From Vermamoeba vermiformis (Eukaryota): a stretch of DNA of 64,000 bases. Below, piece after piece: positions 1 to 12,781 of this stretch. The notes beneath the pieces were generated by a model. That model had not been told where the DNA came from. It was given only the letters and a program-made list of their open reading frames with translations, and ran no database searches. Location of the stretch: assembly GCA_045837725.1 (NCBI GenBank), contig JBEWZL010000168.1, forward strand, positions 1-64,000, given 5' to 3'. The first letter of the stretch is position 1. Each line of letters starts with the position of its first letter. A program made the translations under genes and the position numbers.

Positions 1-2032
1 GAGTGAGTCGCCGATTTTGTCCCAAACCCCTGATTTTGTCCCAACCGATTTTTTTGCGTAATTTCGCAAATTATTTTACCAACGGCATTCAATAAGTTGC
101 TTCGCACACGAACACGACAGCTTGTTGTTCAATAGTATTGATTTTATTTATAATTTTTCTGACCAGTAATGGCGAAGTATGAAAACGAAATTCATGAGAT
201 CAATCAACGGATTTCAGAAAACGGCGAGACAATTAGCGAAATTATTCGCGATTTGACGCGGAATAGTCCCAATAAATTCGAAACACTTCGCAAAGCCTAC
301 CAGCGGGCTCAAAAGAATAAAGAGAAGAAACATGGAAATCAGATGCTCACCAATCAGCAAGAAAAAAGACTATGCAGCATCATTTTAGCTTTTTCAGCAA
401 GCGGAATAGCTCTGTCGAGAAGTGTATTCATTAGTTTTGTACGTAAGATATTTGAGCTCCCTGAAGACTGGCGAGGCGATCACTGGTTTAGCAATTTTCT
501 GATCCGCAATTCAGATCGCATCTCTCACGCGTTTGGTAAAGACCTCGACATGGGACGTGTCAATTCTGTCACTATTGATATTATTGAGTCATTTGTGAAA
601 GAATACAAGAGGCTACTAGAAGAGAAAAGTTACACGGACGACTTCATCATCAACGCTGACGAATCTCCCTGTAAATTTACTGACGGAGAAAGTTCGAAGA
701 TTCTAACGAGTGCAAATTCGAAAAAGCAGGGTAGATTGAGTACTCCCAAGAGTCATCTACGCACTATACTTCCATTTGTTGCAGCATCTGGTCGTGTTTG
801 GATGATAGTGCTCATCTACAAGGACATGTCACAAAATGGCAACGAAAAGAAGAATTCGATTCCCGTCACTACAGAGCTGAGATATACTCGCAGCACTATA
901 CCAACTTATTATGCCACAACAGCTAATGGCTTTATTACAAATGAGTTGTGGAAGCAAATAATAGCGCGACTCGTGGAGCGACTTTCAGCGTTCAAGCAAG
1001 GACAACCAGCTCTTTTACTTCTTGACCGCCACTCCACCCACCTGGAGTTGACCAGCATCAACTTGCTATTAGATTCTGATATACAGCCCCTGTACCTACC
1101 AGCACATACAACTCATTTGCTTCAACCTCTTGACGACGTGATTTTTGGCTCGTTCAAACGCAAGATGCGTGTCAAGAGAGACCTTGAAAGAATGCGACGG
1201 CTCCTCACTGGAGAGACCCTGCACTCTGTTATTGAAGACATTATCACGGAGGAGAAGTCCAATATATTTGATAAAGAGGTCATTAAGGCAGGATTTCGAC
1301 ATACAGGCATTTGGCCATTCGATAGTGCACTTATCAGCAAGAAATTTCAGAACATGTACATGTTCGACACAAAACCTCAACTGCACACCAGTGAAGATGA
1401 AGAAGTTAAAGCTATGGCACTGATACTTAAGGAGGCCTTGATACCTAATCAAACCAAGACTCCTATCAAGCGAGTACGTGCCAATGAGCGGAATAAATTG
1501 GTGACTGGCCAGCAGTTGGTGATCTATGCCCGTGAGAAGGAGGAAAAAGAACTGAAAGAGAAGGAGGCTAAAGAACTTGCGAAGAAAGAAAGAGAGGACA
1601 AGAAGAGAAAGAGAGAAGAGGAGAAAGAAGAGCGACAAGAGCTCGTCAAGCGACGCAAACTTGACAAACAGAGTGATGTGATTAGTAGGACGTGCTCACC
1701 TTGCCGTCGTATCTATACCAAGAAGCACAAATTTTGGGTCTGCACCTCATGTAATAGCTATCAAGTATGCAAGAAGTGTCAAAAACGAGATATTCATGAT
1801 GAGCATGCTGCTGAATGCGGATCTGATCTGAGCGAAGAAAGATCCGATCTGGCCAGTGATGAAGGCGAATTGCACGATTAAATCAACTGTAATTCAAGTA
1901 TTCACTTATTATTTATCTATTTGTATTGAAATCACTCCATTAAATAAGTATTAAAATAAATTATTGTTAAATTTTAGTCCAAAATCGTTTGGGACAAAAT
2001 TGGGGGTTTGGGACAAAATCGGAGACTCACTC
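1..2032 (+). mobile_element. Complete pogo/Fot1-like (Tc1/mariner superfamily) DNA transposon
   Basis: 52-bp terminal inverted repeats at 1-52 and 1981-2032 (4 mismatches), each with two copies of ATTTTGTCCCAA. TA follows the right TIR (2033-2034). One transposase ORF lies inside. The left TSD is outside the window. Confidence 0.95.
169..1881 (+). CDS. pogo-family DDE_1 transposase (DD35D) with C-terminal Cys-rich zinc finger
   Basis: Intronless 570 aa. Catalytic motifs NADES, LLLDRHSTH and HLLQPLD, with 35 residues between the second and third Asp. Also GFRHTGIWP, a K/E-rich coiled coil and a CxxC..CxxC..CxxC tail. Confidence 0.93.
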   Translation: MAKYENEIHEINQRISENGETISEIIRDLTRNSPNKFETLRKAYQRAQKNKEKKHGNQMLTNQQEKRLCSIILAFSASGIALSRSVFISFVRKIFELPEDWRGDHWFSNFLIRNSDRISHAFGKDLDMGRVNSVTIDIIESFVKEYKRLLEEKSYTDDFIINADESPCKFTDGESSKILTSANSKKQGRLSTPKSHLRTILPFVAASGRVWMIVLIYKDMSQNGNEKKNSIPVTTELRYTRSTIPTYYATTANGFITNELWKQIIARLVERLSAFKQGQPALLLLDRHSTHLELTSINLLLDSDIQPLYLPAHTTHLLQPLDDVIFGSFKRKMRVKRDLERMRRLLTGETLHSVIEDIITEEKSNIFDKEVIKAGFRHTGIWPFDSALISKKFQNMYMFDTKPQLHTSEDEEVKAMALILKEALIPNQTKTPIKRVRANERNKLVTGQQLVIYAREKEEKELKEKEAKELAKKEREDKKRKREEEKEERQELVKRRKLDKQSDVISRTCSPCRRIYTKKHKFWVCTSCNSYQVCKKCQKRDIHDEHAAECGSDLSEERSDLASDEGELHD

Positions 2033-2462
2033 TAACGAGATCAACGAAGGAGGCGAGTTAACCATCGACTTGAATCTCATAGCAGACTCACTTTCGTTAT
2101 CGATAGAATATCCTGGATATTAAACCGTCAGTAAGCGATTCGTTATACTAAAATTAAAATTTTAAATTACCAGTGTAGTCTTTAAATTGCTCTGCATCAT
2201 CTTCTATTTCCTATCAAATTAAATATACAATTTAGTGACGCTACTATTTGATGCTCGGCTTTAAATTAATGAAACTCGAGCCGATCTAGATCAGGTGTTA
2301 CCCGAGGCCGCGGGAGTCACTCGAATACGTACAGAAATTACCGGAGTTACTTCTGAAAGAAATTGTTCAAAATTGTCAGCCATTGTGTGGATCAGATAAA
2401 TTTACGTAAATAAAAATCTTCTTCAAATTGAATTGCTCTTTTCTTACATACTTCGCAACGTA

Positions 2463-3731
2463 TTAATCAAGTTCTGTGGACTCGTCAAGAACTGAGTGCG
2501 GACAGCCGTTTTTAACTGCATACTCCAAGCATGCACGAGCACCAGGCCCACATGTTGAGAATGAAGATGAAGACTCGCGTGCTTTCTTTGTAGTCATCTC
2601 GTCCCAAGGGCAACCGTGTTCGTGTGCATATTTAAGGCAGGCTAATTGACCACGCATTGCTGCTGCAGAGCATACTTCAGCGTTCCATTCGCATCCGTTT
2701 TCATGCGCGTACTTCAAGCACTCAAGACTGCCTGAATCAGCTGCCTTCACGCAAGTCATGTAGTCCCATGGAACGCCGCTCTCGTGCAGGTACTTGAGAC
2801 AGCTGAGCGAGCCTCCCATAGCAGCTCCAAGACAAGTGTCAGCGTCACAAGGATAGCCGCGCTCACGCACGAATTTCAAGCATTCTAAGTGGCCTCGACG
2901 AGCCATTTCGTACGTCAGCGAATAGCCCAATATTCCAGCGAGTGTGAGATTGATTTTGAGGCCTTGTTTGTATCCGTAAGCCAAGCAGTCCAAGTGCCCA
3001 CCTTCGCCAGCTCTGTCAAGGACACTGGCCTCCCAAGGGCACCTGTTCTCGTGTGCGTACTTCAAGCACTCGAGGGAGCCATACTCTGCGGCCAAATCTG
3101 GTGTGGCGCTGTCCCATGGGCAACCATGTTCATGCGCGTACTTAAGGCACGCGAGGGAGCGTCCCGCAGCAGCTTTCGCACAGGTTTCTTTATCCCATTC
3201 GACGCCAGTCTCGTGTAGGTACTGAAGACATTCGAGCGAGCCTCGTTGTGCTGCTGAGTATGTAGCGACACGACCAAGTTTCAACCCGATCTGCACGGCA
3301 AATTTGTAGAACTGAATATCGCCGTACTGTTGAATCTGCGCTTGCAAGAGGTCGAGGTTGACTGGACAACCATTGTCGAAGAGATATTTGAATGTTTCGA
3401 ATTGACACGCTTGCAGTGCTGCTGTGATTGTGTGCACGCTCCACTTGCATCCAAACTCGTGCGCGTATTTTAAGCAGGATAAATAACCTTTCCTTGCATA
3501 ATAGCCGCATACATGCTGGTCTCTATTGTAATCGATGAAGCTTGCCAGCCTTGCATTCCTCCGAAGATAATCCAAGAGAAGTGGTTGTGCGATCTCGTTA
3601 TGCGCTTTTGATACCAACGTCAAAAAATACAGTTTAAAAGGCGTTGCCTTGCTAATATAAAATCTGTTCTTATCATGAGTGTGCACCAGCGCATTGATTA
3701 TCTCGCGCCAGATATCTTGCGGTAAATCCAT
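2463..3731 (-). CDS. F-box-like N-terminus plus ankyrin-like repeats of the 'LECLKYAHENGCPWD' type
   Basis: Intronless ~422 aa. N-terminal MDLPQDIWREII, then about 10 repeats of G(S/H)LxCLKYAHExGCPWD. Confidence 0.85.
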   Translation of the reverse strand: MDLPQDIWREIINALVHTHDKNRFYISKATPFKLYFLTLVSKAHNEIAQPLLLDYLRRNARLASFIDYNRDQHVCGYYARKGYLSCLKYAHEFGCKWSVHTITAALQACQFETFKYLFDNGCPVNLDLLQAQIQQYGDIQFYKFAVQIGLKLGRVATYSAAQRGSLECLQYLHETGVEWDKETCAKAAAGRSLACLKYAHEHGCPWDSATPDLAAEYGSLECLKYAHENRCPWEASVLDRAGEGGHLDCLAYGYKQGLKINLTLAGILGYSLTYEMARRGHLECLKFVRERGYPCDADTCLGAAMGGSLSCLKYLHESGVPWDYMTCVKAADSGSLECLKYAHENGCEWNAEVCSAAAMRGQLACLKYAHEHGCPWDEMTTKKARESSSSFSTCGPGARACLEYAVKNGCPHSVLDESTELD

Positions 3732-4105
3732 CAATTTTTAATCTACTCCAACAAAGCTCTTTTGAAGCTAAATTAATAAATATTAATTCAGTGTATTTTC
3801 TAAATATTTCCTATTTTAAGCAAATGGTTGTGGTAAGACGAATAATAGGATTCGCTGCGTGACATACCTGTTATTGCTAATTGTTCTTACCACCAACCCG
3901 ATATGTCCGCCACGTTTAGCAGCACAATTATTGTATTTGCTTCAAATTAAAGCTGTGACAAATAGCGACGCGAAAAGTTTGATTTGTGGGACGAAAAGGA
4001 CACAAGGTTCCAGAACCAATAATGTTAGCGCAACCAAATGTTTATTTCCATCGATATTGCGCGAACGTGCGTGTATTATAAACAAAATTTAATCAGTTAG
4101 TGCAG

Positions 4106-6972
4106 CTAGAGTTTTTTCGCTACTATCTCGCAAATGTCAGCCATACTCTGCAACGCAACCACAAATGTTAGCATCAGCAGTCAAAGACTAGACGATTATT
4201 GACTTACAGGTCTGTCGTTTGGATCAAACTTCCAGCACATCTGCATCAACTCCCTCAACGTTGGATCGCAATCGTCAGGAATTGCAGGGGTCAATCCTTC
4301 ATCACTATAGCATCGCATAATATATTAAAACCTCATTGCCTATAGAATGAAATTCTTACCGAATTTTACAAGCCACTTCAATTTGATTTGATCCCTGGTG
4401 CGGCTCGTGGCCATTGACGATCTCGCTAACTTTTAACGTTCAATTTTAGTTATGATAATGATAATAATACTTGCGGTATACTTACTAACGATGCCGAATG
4501 TCCAAACATCTGATTTTGTACTGTAAGCCATCGAATTGATACTCTCAGGTGCCATCCAGCGAATAGGACCAATGTTCGAGTTCGTTTGACCTTGTGCTTC
4601 TTCTTTCAGCACTCGAGACATGCCAAAGTCGCTGATCTTGGGCTTGCCTTTATGAACCTTTGATATCAAGCGTTAGGCTTGTTTCGGCGATTCACTAACT
4701 GCGAACTGATCAGTACTTACCAAGACATTTCTGACGGCCAAATCACGATGCACGATGTTGTGTGAGTGCAAATGATACAAGCCAAAGGCAAGACCTTTCA
4801 CAAGCTCTCGTTGTTGACTCTTCTTGATGTTCTGCTTGAACATAAGACCGTCGAGACTGCCACCATCGCAGTACTCGAGCACAATGTACGGCACATCTGA
4901 GTCAACACTCACACCGTATGTGAGCACAATGTTGGGGTGAGGCGGAAGACCACTGAAGTCATGTTAGAATGATCTTGTGCGGCCTTGTCGATAGCGACGG
5001 TCAGTACTTACGCAGTGAGCTTTGCTTCAGCAAGAAATGCTTCAGTGTCTGATGATCTCGTGCTCGATTTGATTGCGACATCTGCACCACGCCAGTGACT
5101 ACAAAGAACGAGTTAAACCTTGCACATCGTCACAGTACAGCACTGGCTTTGCTTACCCAATGAACACTTTGCCAAAGCTTCCTGCACCAATTTCTTTGTC
5201 GAACTGAAGCTCTTTGTACGGAATGAGCATCTTCGATGAAATGTCTTCAGCTCCCACGTCTGAATTTCTGGAAGGAAGCACATCGTAATTCGTGCCACCG
5301 CTCTTGCCCTCAGGATCTTCAGGCTTGATCTGTTTCTTTCGCAAGAAGAACACCAACAAAAAGATGCCAGCACCGACTGCTGCACCGACCAATGATGTCG
5401 TCAGTCCTGCTGTCAATGCGACGTTATCGGGTGTAGAACCATCAACAACTGCTTGTGGTGCTACCGTCGGCGCAACACCTGTCCCAGGCGTTCCACTCGT
5501 TACTGGAGAGCTCGCAGAAGGGGCCGTGCTTGGAGCGGATGGAGTAATGGTAGACTTTGGAGGAGGTTGTTGATAGTTCCAAAAGTCGTAACCAGCCCAG
5601 TGTGGCACGACGACAGTGTCTTGGAGACACGACATGACAAACCAATCTGAATCGACTGACCGTCTCTTTTCAGCAATCACTTTGAAGTTGTCTTGTGTGT
5701 CCAGTGCTACGAGAACGTAATCTGATGCCGAGGGGATATTGTCTGGCGATAAGAGCAGCACCAAAGATGTGTTCATAAGACACTGCGTTAAGTACGTAGA
5801 TCCGGGAGGAAAACCATTGTCGGCGTAAGTCGAATTCAATTCGATCAGGTTATTGGGATCAGCTGATGAAGTGCAAAGAAAGTTCGTTAGGCCTTTGCCG
5901 CAGCCCCACCACTCGTCGTTATCGTTCGCATCCAGAAAAAATTCATTCGCCTCGACTTTAGCGGTTTGCTCGCACAAAGTAGAGCTACATTTAAATATCA
6001 AAGTATAGCCGGAGTAAATGGGGAGCGCTACCCAAAATCGGTTGTCTAGAGGAAAAAACGTTAACGAATCCGCTGTGAAAACAAATGGAAGTGCTTACTA
6101 TTAACGTATCTAACATATTTGTTGGTAGTATTTTGGTCCGAGATACCAGTAAAGTAGGACATAGGCCCATTCAAGGACAAAGTATTGTTAAGGTACGACG
6201 TCACGTTGTAACCGCCCTAAAAAGGAAAGTTTGATAAATTATAACTAAAATCTTAAATCATTAACGCCTTACGCCCGAAGCTATAGTGACTAAGCTGTCG
6301 CCTGACCACACAACCGACGCTGCCCAATTATCTTGGTTCGGAACGACGGGAATAGGCGAGGACATGTATTGGGGAGTAGCACCGTTGCCCATTCCAAGAA
6401 CTGCGTACATTATTTGACCTCCTTGAACCTAACAAAAATTAGATTTATAATTATTACGCCATCCTGGACCAATTGTATGACTTTAATAACCAAAATTGAA
6501 TTTTCATTTTTTTTGGATTTTGAGCCGTTTCTCGTTAAGACCTGCTTACCGACGATATGGAGCCGTATGAGCATGGTGAATAAGGAGCACCTCTGATAAC
6601 CCAATGCGCAACGGAGTCCGCATTAGGAGGGTAAAGAGGGGCTTGCGAGGGTTCAACTCTGATGGAAGAAATACCAGTCCTCGAATTATAGGTGACGGTT
6701 TTTTGACTTGCTTGCTGGCCTGAATCAATACCGCAGGCCAAATAAATCCCGGTATCAGGATCGAAGGAAACAAGATGAATTTCTCGAAGCCAAGAGGAAG
6801 GATAACCCGCCAAGTTGGCGTTTTGAGTCGTAATATAGGTGAACTCTTTAAAATAAATTTAATTAATTTTGAATAAAATACCGAGGAAGAAATGTAGCGA
6901 CTTACTTTGGGATTGAACGAGCGTTATCGCCAACAAACAAACGAACAATGCTCGGGACAACACATTCCGCAT
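4106..6972 (-). CDS. Receptor-type tyrosine kinase(-like), copy A, multi-exon
   Basis: Signal peptide [22 protein letters not shown], ectodomain, S/T/P stalk and TM ([16 protein letters not shown]). Kinase motifs [31 protein letters not shown] and SDVWTFG are spread across GT-AG exons. Confidence 0.9.
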
Positions 6973-7692
6973 TATAAGTAATGTTTCTATGATGATAGCG
7001 TTGATGTTCACACTAGCGTTCAGTTGATGCAACTACTCAAAATTCCTGGCCCGATATTAGGCCCAACACGTGCTCGTATTTTCCAAACTTGGAATATGCT
7101 GGTTATTTTCGAATATACTTAACATGGTGCAATAACAAACAATGTACAATCTTTCGGCTCTTACCTTATTGGAGGAGGCAGACGTAGGCGAAAGAACGTG
7201 TGGCAGATCTTTCTATTTTTAGACACGGTTTGTAGGATCGTCTCGGTCTCTAAACAGTTAAGGCACGAGCAAATTGGGCGTCATGATATTCTGTGCTAAT
7301 TAAAAAGTTCAATGATCATTATTTTTGAAGTTGGGAAGATCGAAGATATTTTACGTTTATGCAGTTAAATCTAATTTAGCTGAATATTGTTCTGTTTTAA
7401 AAACACCATTTATATTGTATATTTTTCATAATTTATATTTAGCTTACGTTTCCTAATTTTTAAAATCGATTTTGACCAATCTTTCCTGAAAGAACATGCA
7501 CGGAGCTTATATCAGAAATAAATATTACCGACATGTTCCGCTTTTGCTATTGGTTGCAAGCTGCAGTACTGGTATGACAATGTCACTAAATCAAATCGTA
7601 ATCTCTCGCGATCTGTGCACTAAGCGGCCCGCTGGCACCAGAAGATGATACCCCATCGTCAATGAGGCCTAATATGCCGTTTCAGTGGAGCA

Positions 7693-8043
7693 TTGCAGTT
7701 TTCCGGTGCTTGCTATTGTATTTTTTCATTTCGATTACCAAACAAAACCCCACCCCAACCCCAACAACCATTCGTTGTTGTCCATATTAGGCAGCACATT
7801 ATATTTCTACAGCCTCACGAAGTGTATGTAGTGGGCAGCATAGACAAATTAGGCAATTGGGAGCCAAGAAACGGTCTCAAAATGCAATTATTCTCGCACG
7901 AACGATTGGAGGCGCAGATAGAAATTCCTAAAAATACGCGTAATATTATTGAATACAAGTACGTCTATATAACAAGCAATAATGGGCAGTTAAATTGGGA
8001 GTACGGAGAAAATCGGTTGATCCACAGAGTTCTCGACAATTGA
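7693..8043 (+). CDS. CBM20 starch/glycogen-binding domain protein (ends uncertain)
   Basis: VYVVGSIDKLGNWEP...IEYKYV...WEYGENR matches the CBM20 pattern. Confidence 0.7.
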   Translation: MQFSGACYCIFSFRLPNKTPPQPQQPFVVVHIRQHIIFLQPHEVYVVGSIDKLGNWEPRNGLKMQLFSHERLEAQIEIPKNTRNIIEYKYVYITSNNGQLNWEYGENRLIHRVLDN

Positions 8044-8131
8044 ATCGAGAGGAATGGATAAGTTCGATGTTCCGTGCCTGCAGTCACGTTGAATCATCAT
8101 GATGATCCAGCAATGAGGTCTATCCTTACTC

Positions 8132-10548
8132 CTAAAGCTTCTTCGATACGATATCACAAATATCAGCCATACTCTAAATATGATAAATATTCGTCGTTAG
8201 AATAGAAACCTTTCAAACGCTTGACATCTCACTTACAGGTCTTTGGTTTGGATCCATCTTCCAACACATTTGCATCAACTCTTTCAGCACAGGATCGCAG
8301 TCGTCAGGAATAGCGGGAGTAAAACCTTCGTCACTGTAATATATTGTTAGTGCAATTGTAAATAAATAATAGCTCCTCTTACCGAATTCTGCAGGCGATC
8401 TCGAGTTGATTTCCGTCTGCATGTGGTTCGTGTCCATTGACAATCTCGCTGACTATCAACGATATGTTTAGTCGTTGCACTCGCTAACAGATTGAAACAA
8501 CTTACTGACGATACCAAAGGTCCATACATCCGATTTGGTGCTGTACGTCATTGACTTGATGCTTGGTGATCAGGAATAGGAATTTGTTTTTTTTTTTTTT
8601 TTTTTTTTGTTTTTTTTTTTTTTTTTTCTCGATTTGATTGCGACATCTGCACCACGCCAGTGACTACAAAGAACGAGTTAAACCTTGCACATCGTTCACA
8701 GTATCAGCACTGGCTTTGCTTACCCAATGAACACTTTGCCAAAGCTTCCTGCACCAATTTCTTTGTCGAACTGAAGCTCTTTGTACGGAATGAGCATCTT
8801 CGATGAAATATCTTCCATTGGTGCAGCCATCGCTGAGTAACTGGTCGTTGAATTTCGGGATGGTGGAAGCGCATCGTAGGCTAGTTTGTTGTCACTACCG
8901 CTCTTGCCCTCAGGATCTTCAGGCTTGGTCTGTCTCTTTCGCAAGAAGAACACCAACAAAAAGATGCCAGCACCGACTGCTGCACCGACCAATGATGTCG
9001 TCAGTCCTGCTGTCAACGCCACGTCTGGTGCTGTTGGAGTGTTCGTGATGAAATCTTGCGGCGAAGTTGGCGCGGTTGGCACAGGAGAGTCAGCAGGTGT
9101 TATATCCGATACTGGAGAGCTTGTAGGGGCCGTGCTTGACACGGGGGTTGTAACGACAGGCTTTGGAGGAGGTTGTTGATAGTTCCAGAAGTCATAGCCA
9201 GTCCAGTGTGGCACGACAACAGTGTCTTGGAGACACGAAATTGCAAACCAATCTGTATCGGCTGTGCGTCTCTTTTCATTCACGATTGAAAAGTTGCTGG
9301 GAATATCGAGTGCCAGCAAGACGTAGTCTGTGATAGCGTTGTCCTTCGAAGATAAGAACAGCATCATGGTAGTGTTCATACGGCACGTGGAGATATGAGT
9401 GCCGGGTGGAGGATAATTCGTGTCGGCGTAAGTCGAGTTTAAAAAGATCAAATTGGTCGGATCCGCTGATGAAGTGCAAAAGTAGTTCGTTAAGGTTTTG
9501 CCACAGCCCCACCATTCGTCGTTATCATTCGCATCCATCCAAAAGTCGGCCGTGCCTTCAATTCGTAAATTTTGTTCGCAGTAAGTAGAATTGCACTTGT
9601 ATAACAAAGTGTAGCCAGCCGTAATAGGAAGTATCACCCAGAAGCGGTCGTCTGGAATTTAAATTAATCCAAAACGTGCAATAGAAAACGTCTTACTTAC
9701 TGTTAACGTATCGAACAATCTTATTTACTGCGTTCGAGGCAGGCGTATCTGCGAGATAAGAGAATGGTCCGGGCAAGGATAAAGTATTGTTGAGGTACGA
9801 GGTTAAATTGGATCCGCCCTAAAAAGGATATCAATTTGAATAACCGTCATCTTTACGAATCAAACGGCAAAGAAGTCTTACTCCCCAAGTGATAGTAATC
9901 AAGCTCTCACCCGACCACACAACTGACGCTCCCATGTTATCTTGGTTCGGGACGACGGGAATAGGCGAGGACATGTATTGCGGAGTGGCGCCGTTGCCCA
10001 TTCCAAGGACTGCGTACATTATTTGACCATCTTGAACCTAAAAAAATTAGATTTATAATTAAATTTAAACGTTTAACGCTAAATTAAATTTAAATTTAGT
10101 GGATCATTTGGGAATTCTTACCGCCGAAATTGCACCATATGAACACGGTGAATAAGGAGCACCTCTGATAACCCAATGCACCACGTTCTTCCACGACGGA
10201 GGATAAAGAGGATCTTGGGAGGGCTCTCTCGTGAGAGTAACGTCGCCAGTCTTCGGGTTATAAGTAATAGTCTTTTGACCTGCGTAATAGCTTGAATCAA
10301 TAGCGCAGGCCAAATAAATGCCGGTATCAGGATCGACCGAAACAAATTGTATCTCCCGAAACCAGACGTATTGATAGTTCAAGAGTTCATTTTGAGTTGC
10401 AATAAACGTAAGCTCTATTAAAACAATTATTATTAGTTTTTTAGACTAAGGAAAGAGGTAAAATGTAGCGCTTACTTTGGGATTGAACGAGTGTTATCGT
10501 CAAACAAACGAACAACGCGACGGACAATCGAGGCAAGAAGCTCCACAT
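8132..10548 (-). pseudogene. Receptor kinase copy B (tandem paralog), kinase core missing as assembled
   Basis: Same exon structure and near-identical TM/juxtamembrane DNA as copy A. The segment equivalent to ~4544-5063 (HRD, DFG, APE) is replaced by a ~64-nt mostly poly-T tract at 8564-8627. This may be an assembly defect. Confidence 0.6.
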
Positions 10549-11144
10549 AATGAATTTCGCTTAAGTAAGCACTCTTGTGCGATGTTCTTCTGCAATGATT
10601 TGAAATTCTGACCCAACCGGAAAGGGCTGGACAACTTTCCAAATACGGAGATTTTGCCGAGCTCTTACTTCTCGGCGTGTATTACACACGTGTTTACAAA
10701 TTAAATCATCTTATTTTAGCTTTACTTATTATTAGTTATGTACGTTAACTAGTTGCCTTTTTAAGACGCTTGGTTTTGACGCGAGGCAATTAAATTGGAC
10801 AATTAAATAATAATAGTTTAACGTACTCGATTATATTTTGGGTGTTATGTAACGCACCACGGAAATTTTATTTCAATTTTTTGACGTCATAGCTAATAGA
10901 TCAAATCTGCCAGATGTTGCACTTGTCACTTTAAAAGCTAATTTACCTTTATAGGTCAATAGGATTACTATGTGTTTCGATTAGCGAAACAAATGCGGCT
11001 CCTGGATTCAGTTGAGGTCATCATGTAATTATAAATTTGACTTTCAGCTTTCTTGTGCATTTAGACGATACCTGAGAATGGGAATCCGAATATTGTACTA
11101 CTAGCCAATGTACCCATTAATTGTTTGTACATTTATTTTTATAT

Positions 11145-12373
11145 TTACAAGGTTGTTTTGAAGATCTTGACAACTCGAACGATGTTGGCACGACAGATCG
11201 GACAAACCGCCAGAGAGCTGCTGCACGTCGAACAAATCGATGAGTGGCCGCACTCTAGCAGCACTGTGTCGATCTCTTCTTTCATACATATAATACAAAG
11301 CTCCTTTTCTTTCAGTCGTTCCAATTCACTCTTGATCAGCTCCACATCCGAGTCATCCCTGCTCGACGATAGCGGGCTTCTATCGCTATCTAAGACTGAG
11401 TTATTGTTCTTAGGACTATCGTGAACTTTAGGTATGCTATCAAACGAGTCGCTCGCTGATAAGGTTTTGATCTCTGGTTCTAGATCTGAGCCACTGGAAT
11501 TGCTCAGACTTAGATCACTGAAGCTTTTGTTCAATGCCATGGCATTATTATTGTTGTTCTCAGGCTCTGGGATCTCCGTGCTAACAGTCAACAAACCGCA
11601 ATGAGCAGCCATCAACTGCGCTAGTTCTGGATGCTTTGCTCGTTTGGCAACTTGAATAGCGGTCTCAGACGTGTCAATCGTTTTGAGTAAAGGGTCTGCG
11701 CCGTATCTTAATAACATCTTAATCACCTCTTCGTAGCCTTCTTCACTAGCAATATGCAGCGCTATGAATTGACACGTGTACGTTAGATCTTATTAAAACT
11801 CGTTTCTGCAAAGTCTTACCAGTGCACGTCTTTTTTCTGCCAGGAATAGGCACGTAGCCAACTCGAAGTGCAGGATTTTTTGATCTGAAGAATAATTCAG
11901 CAATTAGAACGAGCTAATTCTTTTTTTGAGACAGCAAGTCAAATCTGACTTTGGTGCTAACTTACTTGACAAACCAGATAGGCTTTGCACGATACTCATC
12001 TACGTGATGTTTTCCAGACTTTAATAGTGTTTCTACTTGCTTAACATCACCAAAGAAGCTGCAATAAATATAAGTAACAGATTTTGCGTTTGAGTCGATT
12101 TATTCGTAATAATTTGCCAATAATATACTATGATTAACGCATAAATATTATTAAGTTGGCTTTGGCAAGTAATGAGCTTGAGAAATAAATGAAATTTTGG
12201 AAAGATTTTATTTACCTTGCCCAATGCAGTGGCTTTTTTGCTTCGTTCCAATTTTCATTACCGTAGTCTATTTTTTTGGAATTTTCTTTCTTACTATTAT
12301 TCATATTTTTTGAATTGTTGTCATTATTTTGGTTGGGATCCTTCCCATCACCAGTCGAGTTGGACTTTTCCAT
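11145..12373 (-). CDS. Ankyrin-repeat plus C-terminal C3HC4 RING E3 ligase
   Basis: Ankyrin motifs (PLHWA, ALHIASEEGY...LLRYGADP) and RING CIICMKEEIDTVLLECGHSSICSTCSSSLAVCPICR. Start is approximate. Confidence 0.85.
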
Positions 12374-12781
12374 AGTACTATCACCGCCTTCGTAATACTT
12401 TGTATTCACTGTAACTAGAGAAGACCATACGTCAGTTGTTGTGTTATGTAAATCGTCAGGCGTCAGCGATAACGGAAAAAAGAAAAAATCAGAGAACACG
12501 AATTTATCCGTTACAACTAATTTGAACTGCCCTAGTTAGCTAAGGGTGCAGCAAACTGAACGGCTCCTTATTTGGCATTCGAAGAGATGGATCGAGTCAA
12601 ATTTCAGTTTAATTATAATGTACATATTACAAAGTCATTGATATTTACAGCGTAGTCTTTTAGCACATTATTAGTGTGCTACGTATTATTCTTTTGATAT
12701 AAATAGCAGAATCTCGAGTTTCGAGATTCGGATTCAAAATTGCCAGATGGTTAAATAAATAATGAATATTAACATCTATCT

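Noticed and set aside
1-2032. Fanzor/TnpB cargo in the transposon
   Set aside because: There is only one ORF, with no RuvC motifs. The Cys cluster belongs to the transposase tail.
8564-8627. Retroposon poly-A insertion
   Set aside because: No target-site duplication or element body, and it coincides with lost sequence. An assembly defect is more likely.
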